A model generated the notes under the pieces. The model did no database searches, was not told where the DNA came from, and worked only from the letters and a program-made list of their open reading frames with translations. Below, one piece after another: positions 8,233 to 17,007 of a DNA stretch of 64,000 nt. Source of the stretch: an uncultured Acidobacteriaceae bacterium (lineage in GTDB: Bacteria; Acidobacteriota; Terriglobia; Terriglobales; Acidobacteriaceae); contig CAVVJK010000005.1 in assembly GCA_963748555.1 (NCBI GenBank), positions 85,291 to 149,290 on the forward strand, given 5' to 3'. The translations under genes were made by a program, and so were the position numbers. The first letter of the stretch is position 1, and each line of letters begins with the position of its first letter.

Positions 8233-10770
8233 TCATTCGCTTCGGAGCGCATGCATCGGCTCCAGAGATGCAGCGCGGCGGGCCGGAATCACCGAGGCTA
8301 TCAGCGCCGCTGTTCCCAGGATCACGGTAGTTACAATCAGGATGACCGGATCATAAGGCTTGACCCCGAACAGTTGGCTAGCCATCGCCCGGCCGCCCAG
8401 GATGGTTGCAGGAACGCCCAGGGCAAGCCCAAGACCTACCTGGAAAAACGCACCGCGCAACACCAGGCGCAAAACCTTCCATCGATCCGCGCCCAGCGCC
8501 ATGCGAATGCCAATCTCGCTGGTGCGCCGTTCCACCGAATAGGCGGTCACGCCGTACAGGCCGATCGAAGCCAGGACGAGCGCGAGAATTCCGAACAACG
8601 ACGTGAGGCCCGCGATCATCTCCTGCTGAGTGAAATTGGCCTTCACCTGATCGGCAAACGTCTGGAAATCGATCACCGCCATGTCCGGGTTGACCTGCGA
8701 AATGGCGTGCCGCACCTGCGCCTCCAACCCTGGTACCGCGCCGCGTGTCTTTAATTCGATCGCATTCAGATAGTTGGATCGATTCTCAAACTGCGTGTAT
8801 CGAGCATCATCACTGTGCACACTTTGGCCCGGGACGAGGAAGTACATGGGCCGCATCTTACTGTTGGCGTCCCAGTAGTGCGTGTCCTCGGTGACGCCGA
8901 CGATCTCGAAGTAACCAGGATGCTTGATATCGTCGCTGAAGTGTTTGCCGATCGCATGGCCGTCCTTGAAGTATTTCTTCTCGAAGAAACGGTTCACCAT
9001 CGCGACCACGCGGGTCTTCGGTGTGTCCTGCTCATTAATCGCGCGGCCCTCCACCACCTTGGTTCCGATAGTGTCGAAATAGCTGGGGCTTACGCGAAGC
9101 CACGATGCGCCGTGATCCGGGGTGCCCGGCGGCGGAGGCGGTTCTCCTTCGATGTAGACGCCCTCGCCCCAGTTATCCCCTTCCATGGGGGTGTACATTG
9201 AGAAGCTCACGGCTTGCACACCGGGAATCGCGCTTAGATTTTCGCGCAGTTGCCGATACAGCGACTCGAGTTGTTCTGGTTTGTAGCCGGCCATCTGCGG
9301 ATCGATATGCAGTATGTACGTGTCCGCAGTTTTGAATCCGAAGTCCTGATGCTGCAGGTTGCTGAGGCTTCGTGTGAGTAGGCCCGCAGCACATAGCAAC
9401 ACCAGCGAGAGCGCGGCCTGGATCACCACTAACGATTTCTGTCCCCAATTGGTCGCGCGGCCGGTCGACCGGTTCGCCCCGCGTAAGGCTTCGACCGGAT
9501 TGGCCCTTGAAGTCATCCACGCCGGAGCGACTCCGAAGAGCACTCCGGTGAGCAGCGAAGCTGCGAAGGCAAAGCCTAATACCGGCAACGAGGGTGTCGC
9601 CTGAATGGGAACGAAGGCTTTTCGGAAGGCGAGATGCAGAATAAGTTTCGTGCCGATAAACGCGAGTCCGATTCCTGCGACTCCGCCGATAGTCGCCAGT
9701 ACGATGCTCTCGGTCAAAGCCTGTCGCATCAGCCTCCCGCGCGATGCTCCAAGCGCTGCCTGCACAGACGTCTGTTGCTGGCGCGTAATCGCGCGGACGA
9801 GCATCAGGTTGGCGATGTTGGCGCATGCGATCAGCAGCACCACCCCCGAGACCCACATCAGCAGTCGCAGACCGTCCTTATACTGGTCCCGCATCATTTG
9901 CACGCCATTGCCGCCGGGTGATAGATGCAGGGTTTGCTTGGCAACCAGCGGCTTGTCTCGATCTTCCACCTTGCTCAATGGGCTCAGCAGAAACTGGCGT
10001 AACTCCACTTGCATTTGCGATTCCATCGCCTTGATGTCCGCATTCGGGGCGACCCGGCCAGTCAGGTCAAGCCAATCGAGCGACGCCTCCTCCAGCAAGG
10101 TGCCGACAGGACTGACGAGCGGCTCATCGCTCAAGGGGACATAGAACCCGGGCGGATTCTCTTCGATGCGGTCACCATAGAAGCCCGGCGGGGTAATGCC
10201 TACGATGGTGAAGGGTTGGCCGTTCAGCAGGAAGCCGGAACCGACGACCGTGGGATCTTGCCCGAACTTCTGTTGCCAGGTGCGGAAGCTGATCATCGCC
10301 GCCGGAGGCGCCCCCTTGCGATCGTCCTGAGGCATAAGCGTGCGGCCCATGTAGGGCTTTATTCCAAACGTCGCGAAGTAATTGCCAGATACGAATTCCG
10401 ACTTATAAGACTCGGCCGATTTGTTGGTTCCGGCCCTGCGCACTCCCACCAGGTTGCGCCCCGCTTGGAACGCGGCCAGCTCGAGAAAACCTCGCGTGTT
10501 CTGTCGAAATTCTTTGTACTGCTCGTAAGAGAACAGGGTCCAGTTATCCTGCATGCCGCCATTGACGCAACAGTTCTCTTCGTTGCCTACGCGATACAAC
10601 TCCTCCGGTTTCGTTACCGGCAATGACTTCAACAGTACTGCGTGTACCAGGGTGAAGATGGCCGTAGTGGCACCAATTCCCAGCGCCAGTGTGAGCACGG
10701 CGGTTATCGTAAACCCTGGCGCCTTGGCAAACTGCCTCAGAGCATAACGAATGTTTTCCCAGACCTGCAT
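8233..10770 (-). CDS. ADOP-family duplicated MacB/FtsX-type ABC transporter permease
   Basis: Intact 845-aa ORF. The N-terminus IRYALRQFAKAPGFTITAVLTLALGIGATTAIFTLVHAVLLKSLP is the hallmark start of acidobacterial duplicated orphan permeases. It has two MacB periplasmic plus FtsX 4-TM halves, with LGA..R..L..VL at both ends. Confidence 0.9.
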   Translation of the reverse strand: MQVWENIRYALRQFAKAPGFTITAVLTLALGIGATTAIFTLVHAVLLKSLPVTKPEELYRVGNEENCCVNGGMQDNWTLFSYEQYKEFRQNTRGFLELAAFQAGRNLVGVRRAGTNKSAESYKSEFVSGNYFATFGIKPYMGRTLMPQDDRKGAPPAAMISFRTWQQKFGQDPTVVGSGFLLNGQPFTIVGITPPGFYGDRIEENPPGFYVPLSDEPLVSPVGTLLEEASLDWLDLTGRVAPNADIKAMESQMQVELRQFLLSPLSKVEDRDKPLVAKQTLHLSPGGNGVQMMRDQYKDGLRLLMWVSGVVLLIACANIANLMLVRAITRQQQTSVQAALGASRGRLMRQALTESIVLATIGGVAGIGLAFIGTKLILHLAFRKAFVPIQATPSLPVLGFAFAASLLTGVLFGVAPAWMTSRANPVEALRGANRSTGRATNWGQKSLVVIQAALSLVLLCAAGLLTRSLSNLQHQDFGFKTADTYILHIDPQMAGYKPEQLESLYRQLRENLSAIPGVQAVSFSMYTPMEGDNWGEGVYIEGEPPPPPGTPDHGASWLRVSPSYFDTIGTKVVEGRAINEQDTPKTRVVAMVNRFFEKKYFKDGHAIGKHFSDDIKHPGYFEIVGVTEDTHYWDANSKMRPMYFLVPGQSVHSDDARYTQFENRSNYLNAIELKTRGAVPGLEAQVRHAISQVNPDMAVIDFQTFADQVKANFTQQEMIAGLTSLFGILALVLASIGLYGVTAYSVERRTSEIGIRMALGADRWKVLRLVLRGAFFQVGLGLALGVPATILGGRAMASQLFGVKPYDPVILIVTTVILGTAALIASVIPARRAASLEPMHALRSE

Positions 10771-10842
10771 TCTGTCTCCTCAAAGTCTCAAGTTCGGTCG
10801 GACATGTTACTGCGAATCAGGCTTTCGCTTTCGTCGCTTGCG

Positions 10843-11328
10843 TCAACCTGCGTTGGCGCTCCGCTGCAACATCGCTCGGCCATAGACCTCAGCCGTTGTG
10901 CCGCTCCCGCTGGTGTAAAGGTCCACGACCAACCAGCGGCTATCCATCAGCACGTCCCGCTCCTTCGCTGCCCGCCATGCTTCGACACTCTGGTTTTCGC
11001 GCAGGAACCTGCAGATCTCGTGACCTGCTGGCGTGGAGGTGCTTGCCTGGTGGCCGCCGGTAAAGTTACAAAGCCGGGCATGCTTGCCGACCAACTCCGG
11101 ATTCTCCCCATCTGTGTCGCGGTAAGCGTGGACGATCATGGCGTTCTCGCCCAGCATCTCGGCCACCCTCGTCTCAGCCTCGACAAGCGTCGCAACCCGC
11201 TCTTCTCGCAGTAACTCGTGGAACCATCCAAATGCGACGCAGTTATAACTCACCCAAACCTCCAGAGTTCCTTCAGCGTGTGCGTTCCGTTCCGGGGCTG
11301 ATTCGTCAGACCTGTGACACGTTCTCAT
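10843..11328 (-). CDS. Hypothetical protein (start uncertain)
   Basis: 161-aa ORF on the same strand as its neighbours, with a globular-looking composition. I recognise no motif. The true start may be an internal Met (MLGENAMIVHAY...). Confidence 0.35.
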   Translation of the reverse strand: MRTCHRSDESAPERNAHAEGTLEVWVSYNCVAFGWFHELLREERVATLVEAETRVAEMLGENAMIVHAYRDTDGENPELVGKHARLCNFTGGHQASTSTPAGHEICRFLRENQSVEAWRAAKERDVLMDSRWLVVDLYTSGSGTTAEVYGRAMLQRSANAG

Positions 11329-11402
11329 TGGCCCCGAGCAGATGGCCTCTCAGACCATACGAAGGTTCGCGGGTCCAGGTTCCCGAGACCAACCGTCCGG
11401 CC

Positions 11403-12182
11403 TCATTCTGCAAGTTTGAAGATTCGGATCTGGACCAGTTTGGCGATCGTCAAATTTTCCAGCCCCCTGGATTGCATCTTCCGGATGAATTCGGGAGTGA
11501 CCTTGAAAATGCGCATCTGGACGAGTTCGTCCATGTCCGGGTTCAGGCCGAGGGCCCGGACCTGCTTCACCTCGGCGGGATCTACGCCCTGCACTTTGAG
11601 CGCAATCAACTGATCGGCAGGCGGCGCAGGATAGCCCAGTCCGGCCAGTTCGCGCACGTAGCTATCCTCCGCTTTAAAGATACGGAGCGCGATCAGATTG
11701 TCCGTATTCAGTCCGGCGACTCCCGCCTGCTTGAGCGACTGAACCCAGGCTAGGCTGATCTGAAAGAGCGTGTACGCTTCGAGCTTTTCAGCGTCGACCC
11801 CCTCGAAGCCGGCGTCGCGCATCCGCGCCGCGAATTGCTCGTTGGGCACGAAGGTATAGGTGCCAACCAGCCTCAGTTCATGAACAGAGCCGGAGCAGGT
11901 CAGCGTACCCGCTTCGGCGGAGAGGGTCGCATCCGCGTGCGCGCCCTCGCGGCGCAGGTCACCCAGCGTAAGTCCCCGAAGGATCGACCACGGTTCCTCG
12001 GTGTTCTGATCTCCGCAGTTTCCGCGCTTGCACCCGTCCCGCTGCAGTTCCAACTGAGCGCGGTCGGACTGCTCTGCAGCACGGATCACACAGTCGCCCT
12101 GCAGCTTATCCATCGTGGAGGCATGCAGAAGATTTACTTCAACCAGCAATACGCAGCAAATCAGAACGAGTTTCGGACGCAT
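11403..12182 (-). CDS. Secreted protein with five 28-29 aa repeats paralogous to the BlaR1 C-terminal repeats
   Basis: ATG at 12182 gives the signal peptide MRPKLVLICCVLLVEVNLLHAS. The C-terminal 143 aa form 5 tandem units: FAARMRDAGFEGVDAEKLEAYTLFQISLA / WVQSLKQAGVAGLNTDNLIALRIFKAEDS / YVRELAGLGYPAPPADQLIALKVQGVDPA / EVKQVRALGLNPDMDELVQMRIFKVTPE / FIRKMQSRGLENLTIAKLVQIRIFKLAE. Confidence 0.7.
   Translation of the reverse strand: MRPKLVLICCVLLVEVNLLHASTMDKLQGDCVIRAAEQSDRAQLELQRDGCKRGNCGDQNTEEPWSILRGLTLGDLRREGAHADATLSAEAGTLTCSGSVHELRLVGTYTFVPNEQFAARMRDAGFEGVDAEKLEAYTLFQISLAWVQSLKQAGVAGLNTDNLIALRIFKAEDSYVRELAGLGYPAPPADQLIALKVQGVDPAEVKQVRALGLNPDMDELVQMRIFKVTPEFIRKMQSRGLENLTIAKLVQIRIFKLAE
11406..11834 (-). 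repeat. Five tandem 28-29-codon protein repeats (consensus roughly [FY]vxxmxxxGxxxlxxdxLvxlr[iv]xgVtPE)
   Basis: Periodicity read directly from the translation of 11403..12182. Confidence 0.7.
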
Positions 12183-12331
12183 CGTTTTACTCCGTTTTCT
12201 TCTGAACCTTGGGGGCGCGAACTTGGGGCGGATCAATTTATGGACGAGGATATCTCCTGCGCTGGCGGTAATCAGCCGCCAGCGCCAGAGCAATTCAATT
12301 GTCCGCAGGTTATGAAGCTAGAAACCGGGCC

Positions 12332-14197
12332 TTATTGCGAGTCCTCTTCACCCAGTACGCCAGAAATCCGGAGCTTTACCAGCTTGTCGATGGTGAGCGG
12401 AGTGAAACCATGGCGCTTGGCCGACGCGATGAACGGACCATCGATCTGGAACACTTTCATCTGCACCAGATCACGCACAGTCGCTTCCGGAAATTGAGCT
12501 TTGACGGATTTCGCAAACTCCGGCGTCACGCCCTGAACTCTCAACTCCACTAGTTTCTTTGAAGGGATGGAGTCAAAGCCGGCCGACTTCATGCCCGCTA
12601 CGAATTCAGGAGATACATCGAAGATTCGATATTCCACCAGGTCTTGATAGCTATTGGGAACGATGCCCAGCGAATGCAACCGGCTCACGTCTTCCGGCCG
12701 GACTCCCTGCACTTTCATGGCGATCAACTCATCGGCAGAAGGCTTCCCCAGGCCTGACTGCGCCATGCGCCGCGCGTATTCGGGCGTGATCCCCTGCACT
12801 CGCATGCCGATATACTTGTCCAGGTCGACATCGTAACCAGCCGCCTTCATCTGGTCGATGTAGTCGGCCTTGGCTTGCCCGTTTGAGCTTTGCTTTGAGG
12901 ACTTGTCCGCAGGCTTCTCAGAGGCTTCTGCGTCTTGCGTGACCGCGCAAATGGCTGCCTTGGTTGAAGCTTTTGCCGATGCGGACCGCACGACCGATGC
13001 AGCGACAGCGCTCGTAACATTCCTCGTTACATTTGCGGTTACAGTTGCTTGCGAAGCATCCTCTTCTACCATCGGACCGACGAGCAGGCTTGGCGCCGCC
13101 AGGTCGGCATGCCGCATCGCGAGGTGCAGTTGAGCCTGATTATGCATAGGGCTCTTGAGGTGCAGACTGGCAAACACCTGTGGAATCGATACCAGGAAGA
13201 TCGCCAACGCCGCGCATACGCCCAAGGCTGAGGCCGGTGTCACGTCACGAGCAGATTCCTTTGAGGCAGGTTCCCCCAGGATTCGGCCGATCCGCCGCCT
13301 CAAGCTGAACCTCGACTGGTTTCCGTCGAGAGCCATCGCGAGGTGCAGACGGGTGCGTCGGTGCTCTTCGAGCCGCAGTAACGCGCTCGCATACACGACC
13401 GGATCGCTGCACGAGGCGATTGCAACGTCGTCGCAGCAGAGTTCGCGCTGTTGGCGTAGCTTTCCGCCAATCCACCACACCGCCGGATGAAAGAAGAACA
13501 GCGTCTCCACCAGCGTTTGCACCAGGTTCCAGAGATAGTCGGCACGCTGAACGTGGGCCAGTTCATGGGCTAACACCACTTCCAATTGCTGGGGATCCAA
13601 CGACGCGATTGCCGAGAGCGGCACAAGTACCAGGGCACGGAACACGCCCACCGTCATGGGGCCACTTATCTTTTCGCTCAGATAGATTCTGACGTTGCGG
13701 CGAATGCCCAAGCGAAGCCGCACTGCATCGAAGCAGCGCTGCACAGGTTCAGAGACCGGCAGCAGAGCAGTGTGGCGCAACCGCCGGATCAGCCACCAGC
13801 CGCCAAGGGTCCTCGCGCCCAGAGCCATAACTCCGAGCAACCACGCAAGGTCAAGCCAAACCATGAAGGTCGCGGCCTGCGGCGTAGCCATGTGTCTCGA
13901 CTCGTTCACCGACGGAGTTGAGAAGATGGGAACCAGCGGCACCAGCGCGGCCATGTCACTCTGGGCCGAGGAAGTTGGAATCGCTGCCACGGCATCGGAT
14001 CGTAGCTCTTCGTATCCCAGGGTCGCTACGGACGCAGTCAGCATAGCCAGCAAAGCTGCCAATGCCAGCAGGTAACGCACGCTGCTTCTGGCCCTCGCGA
14101 AAGCAAGATCGGCAACCCGGTAGACGAGCGCTATCGCAGAGGCCTGCCAGCAGAAGTGCACCAGGGTCCAACCCAGTGCTTCCATGTGGTGTGTCAT
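12332..14197 (-). CDS. M56-family BlaR1/MecR1-like membrane metalloprotease sensor, with a repeat-type (non-PBP) extracytoplasmic domain
   Basis: Intact 621-aa ORF. The N-terminal TM region carries the HELAHVQRADYLWNLV zinc motif (HExxH) typical of peptidase M56. The start overlaps the blaI stop (14194-14197). The C-terminus consists of six 28-29 aa repeats instead of a penicillin-binding domain. Confidence 0.85.
   Translation of the reverse strand: MTHHMEALGWTLVHFCWQASAIALVYRVADLAFARARSSVRYLLALAALLAMLTASVATLGYEELRSDAVAAIPTSSAQSDMAALVPLVPIFSTPSVNESRHMATPQAATFMVWLDLAWLLGVMALGARTLGGWWLIRRLRHTALLPVSEPVQRCFDAVRLRLGIRRNVRIYLSEKISGPMTVGVFRALVLVPLSAIASLDPQQLEVVLAHELAHVQRADYLWNLVQTLVETLFFFHPAVWWIGGKLRQQRELCCDDVAIASCSDPVVYASALLRLEEHRRTRLHLAMALDGNQSRFSLRRRIGRILGEPASKESARDVTPASALGVCAALAIFLVSIPQVFASLHLKSPMHNQAQLHLAMRHADLAAPSLLVGPMVEEDASQATVTANVTRNVTSAVAASVVRSASAKASTKAAICAVTQDAEASEKPADKSSKQSSNGQAKADYIDQMKAAGYDVDLDKYIGMRVQGITPEYARRMAQSGLGKPSADELIAMKVQGVRPEDVSRLHSLGIVPNSYQDLVEYRIFDVSPEFVAGMKSAGFDSIPSKKLVELRVQGVTPEFAKSVKAQFPEATVRDLVQMKVFQIDGPFIASAKRHGFTPLTIDKLVKLRISGVLGEEDSQ
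12335..12862 (-). repeat. Six tandem 28-29-codon protein repeats in the BlaR1-like C-terminus
   Basis: Units: YIDQMKAAGYDVDLDKYIGMRVQGITPE / YARRMAQSGLGKPSADELIAMKVQGVRPE / DVSRLHSLGIVPNSYQDLVEYRIFDVSPE / FVAGMKSAGFDSIPSKKLVELRVQGVTPE / FAKSVKAQFPEATVRDLVQMKVFQIDGP / FIASAKRHGFTPLTIDKLVKLRISGV. Confidence 0.7.
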
Positions 14198-14598
14198 CGC
14201 GTACCTCTCCTTGCCTGAATCAGATTTCCGATCTCTTCCAGTTCCTCGGCGCTAGCTGGTTCCATGGCCAACGCGTGCATCGCCAACTGAGCCGCCGATC
14301 CTGAAAACAGTCGCTCGCTCAAATCTCGCAGCAACTGATCCTGGGTTTGCTCCTGACTTGCCGCAGCTCGATACACATGCGCTCTTCCGACCTCGGTGCG
14401 CTCGACCAGACCCTTTTCCGTCATGATCTGCAAGATCTTCAGTACCGATGTGTAGCCCAGTGGACGCACCTCGATAATCGCGTCGTGCAGTTCGCGGACC
14501 GTAGCAGATTCTTTCTCCCACAGCACTCGTAACAGTTCCAGTTCGCCTTCGGTCGGTTTCGGTAATCGACTCTGCTTACGATTCATAGCGCAGACCAT
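14194..14598 (-). CDS. blaI: BlaI/MecI/CopY-family winged-helix transcriptional repressor
   Basis: PTEGELELLRVLWEKESATVRELHDAI...GYTSVLKILQIMTEKGLVERTEVGRAHVYRA is the family signature. It is translationally coupled to the M56 gene. An alternative start is ATG 14586 (MNRKQSRL...). Confidence 0.9.
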   Translation of the reverse strand: MVCAMNRKQSRLPKPTEGELELLRVLWEKESATVRELHDAIIEVRPLGYTSVLKILQIMTEKGLVERTEVGRAHVYRAAASQEQTQDQLLRDLSERLFSGSAAQLAMHALAMEPASAEELEEIGNLIQARRGTR

Positions 14599-14599
14599 A

Positions 14600-14636
14600 T
14601 ACGAAGAGATTCGTAGCTGTCAACGAAAAGTTTCGT
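14600..14636. promoter_or_regulatory. Two candidate BlaI operators: ACGAA-N4-TTCGT palindromes at 14601-14614 and 14623-14636
   Basis: tACGAAgagaTTCGTa and aACGAAaagtTTCGTa read directly. The centres are 22 bp apart, 2-38 bp upstream of the blaI ATG at 14598 and about 100 bp upstream of the divergent SDR gene. Confidence 0.55.
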
Positions 14637-14739
14637 ACTAAGCATGAATGTTGTGTATCTTCCGCCCCAAACCCCTGGCCGGCGGTCACAACCGCTCGTA
14701 TCACGCAGGGCATCAGACCAGCATGAAGAGGAGTTACTG

Positions 14740-15615
14740 ATGCTTAACGATCCACGCGAACTTGGCCCGAAACCGCCTTTCCCCAAGCAGGAGCAAACTC
14801 ACCCGGGCACGGTCCACAACCTTAACCCTCCAGCAGACCACGGAGAAACTTCTTACACCGGCACCGGAAGATTAAAAAACCGCAAAGCTATCATCACCGG
14901 CGCAGATAGCGGCATCGGGCGGGCGGTGGCGATTGCGTTCGCTAAGGAAGGCGCTGACGTGGTGCTTTCGTATTTGCCCGACGAAGAGGCAGACGCCCGC
15001 GAGGTGGTCTCAGTGATCGAGAAGCAAGGCCGCAAAGCCATCGCGCACCCCGGAGACATTGGATCGCCGGAGTACGCCCGCTCCCTGGTCGAGGTGGCCG
15101 AGAAGTCGTTAGGCGGCGTCGACATTCTGGTGAACAACGCCGGATTTCAGATGACTCACGATTCCATCGATGAATTTCCTGCCGGAGAATTCGAACACAC
15201 CTTTCGCACCAATGTGTTTGGGACGTTCTACCTGACGCAGGCTGCGCTGCCTAAGATGAAGCCCGGCTCGTCCATCGTGAATACGACTTCCATTCAGGCA
15301 TTCGAGCCCAGCGAAAATCTGCTTGCCTATGCTGCCACCAAAGCAGCCATCGCGAACATGACCAAGTCCCTCGCCAAGATGGCCAGCAAGCAGGGCGTAC
15401 GAGTGAATGCGGTCGCCCCTGGTCCTGTGTGGACGCCTCTGATTCCATCCACCATGGGTGAGGAGAAGACGGCCGAGTTCGGCAAGTCGACTGTATTTGG
15501 CCGGCCTGCGCAGCCTATCGAACTCGCACGCGTCTTCGTTTTTCTTGCGTCGGATGACGCCAGCTACGCCTCTGGCGAGGTCTATGGTTCGACCGGTGGC
15601 CGCACCCCGCTCTAG
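14740..15615 (+). CDS. SDR-family oxidoreductase (YhxC/YdaD general-stress-protein-39-like)
   Basis: ATG 14740 is preceded by GAAGAGGAG. PPFPKQEQTHPG...GRLKNRKAIITGADSGIGRAVAIAFAKEGADVVLSYL, plus the NNAG and Y..K catalytic context. Confidence 0.85.
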   Translation: MLNDPRELGPKPPFPKQEQTHPGTVHNLNPPADHGETSYTGTGRLKNRKAIITGADSGIGRAVAIAFAKEGADVVLSYLPDEEADAREVVSVIEKQGRKAIAHPGDIGSPEYARSLVEVAEKSLGGVDILVNNAGFQMTHDSIDEFPAGEFEHTFRTNVFGTFYLTQAALPKMKPGSSIVNTTSIQAFEPSENLLAYAATKAAIANMTKSLAKMASKQGVRVNAVAPGPVWTPLIPSTMGEEKTAEFGKSTVFGRPAQPIELARVFVFLASDDASYASGEVYGSTGGRTPL

Positions 15616-15656
15616 CTTTATGGGCATAGCGGCGGATTTGTGCGCGCATCGCGAGC

Positions 15657-16421
15657 CTAGCGAAGCTCGACCGTGATCGGCGTGTGGTCCGAAGGTTTCT
15701 CTCGGGTCCTGGGCCCGCGGTCGATCTCGCAGCCGGCCAGCCGTTCCGCCAACTCCGGTGAGAGGAGAAAGTGATCGATGCGAATGCCGCGATTGTGTTC
15801 AAACGCCTGGCGGAAGTAGTCCCAAAACGTGAACTGTCCGAGTTCGCCCGGGTGCAGGGACCGAAATGCGTCCGTGTACCCCATGTTGAGCCACATCCGG
15901 TAGCGCGCCCGGGGCTCGGGCTGAAAGAGTGCATCGCGCATCCACGATGAAGGCTTGTGGCAGTCGATGTCCTCAGGAATGACGTTGAAGTCTCCCCCAA
16001 TCAACACCGGCGTCTGCTGCTCTCGCCAGGTGCTCAACTGCTGCGTGAGCCGATCCATCCACGACAGCTTGTATTCGAAGTTCTCGCTCCCCACCGGGTT
16101 TCCATTTGGCAGATAGATATTGGCGATGCGCAGACCGCCCGTGATCACGTGCAGAAAACGTGCGTGGGTGTCCGCTTCGTTGCCGGTGAGCGCCGTGCTG
16201 ACCGACTCGATCGGAGTGCGCGATAAAACCGCAACGCCGTTGTAGGCCTTCTGTGTCACGGCCACGCTTTCGTAGCCCAGGTCTTTAAAAACCTCGGCAG
16301 GGAACTCGGTGCCCTTCAATTCCTGCAAAAGAAGCACATCCGGCTCATGCTCACTCAACCAATTCGTGACGTGGCCAAGCCGCGCGCGAATGGAATTGAC
16401 ATTCCAGCTTGCGATCTTCAT
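15657..16421 (-). CDS. xth: Exodeoxyribonuclease III
   Basis: MKIASWNVNSIRARL...LLQELK...GGDFNV...SDHTPI are canonical EEP/ExoIII motifs. Intact 254-aa ORF. Confidence 0.9.
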   Translation of the reverse strand: MKIASWNVNSIRARLGHVTNWLSEHEPDVLLLQELKGTEFPAEVFKDLGYESVAVTQKAYNGVAVLSRTPIESVSTALTGNEADTHARFLHVITGGLRIANIYLPNGNPVGSENFEYKLSWMDRLTQQLSTWREQQTPVLIGGDFNVIPEDIDCHKPSSWMRDALFQPEPRARYRMWLNMGYTDAFRSLHPGELGQFTFWDYFRQAFEHNRGIRIDHFLLSPELAERLAGCEIDRGPRTREKPSDHTPITVELR

Positions 16422-16543
16422 TCCTGTTCTCCGGCACTGTTTGAAGCAACTTGCGCGCTGTCAACAACATCATCAAATAGACGACCTACCCCAGTGAATC
16501 CAAACCTAGGGAAACCCGTCTCTCTGCGAGGCGCATCTCTAAA

Positions 16544-16804
16544 GTGTGTAACACAATGATCAGCGAATGCTTTAATCCGGCCTGCAAGCAAGAACTGCGA
16601 TATCTGCGAAGTGGGAGAGTTGTGCGCATCCTCAAAGCTACGCCCGACGGAATCGAAGTGGAACACTTCTGGCTTTGTGGAACGTGCTATGCGGCCCACG
16701 ACTTCAGCTTCGATCAAGACGGCAATCCGTCGCTGACGAGCAAGACCCCTCTGCAAATCGCCTCGGACCTGGAATCATGGGTTGACCGCACGTTGGTCGC
16801 ATGA
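16544..16804 (+). CDS. Small Cys4 zinc-ribbon-like hypothetical protein
   Basis: 82-86 aa (ATG 16544 or 16556). It has a CFNPAC...LCGTC four-Cys arrangement. The CxNPxC..F/LRYL..GR N-terminus resembles a small-protein family I recall as recurrent in Acidobacteria (not verified). Confidence 0.5.
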   Translation: MCNTMISECFNPACKQELRYLRSGRVVRILKATPDGIEVEHFWLCGTCYAAHDFSFDQDGNPSLTSKTPLQIASDLESWVDRTLVA

Positions 16805-17007
16805 CCAGGCGGCTCGCTCCCTGTAGCTTTCCCGCGAGCTGAGACCCATACCTGGCCCACTTTGCCAACCTCTACCTCGACTTTCACCCAGACGCGGCCA
16901 TCTGATGAGTTCCCTCGCTTCGTGAAATCAAACGCCACTTTCAGAGAGGTTGCTGGGCCAAGTATTACGAAAGGCCCCAATGCGCATCCAACCTAAGCCA
17001 TAGATGT

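Noticed and set aside
7214-10770. SIR2 gene as part of a known defence system (Thoeris, SIR2-HerA, DSR, SPARSA)
   Set aside because: No TIR, SLOG, HerA-ATPase, Argonaute or large DSR-type extension is present in the gene or its neighbours. The upstream gene is an ordinary ADOP permease. Only the weaker 'standalone SIR2_2' observation is reported.
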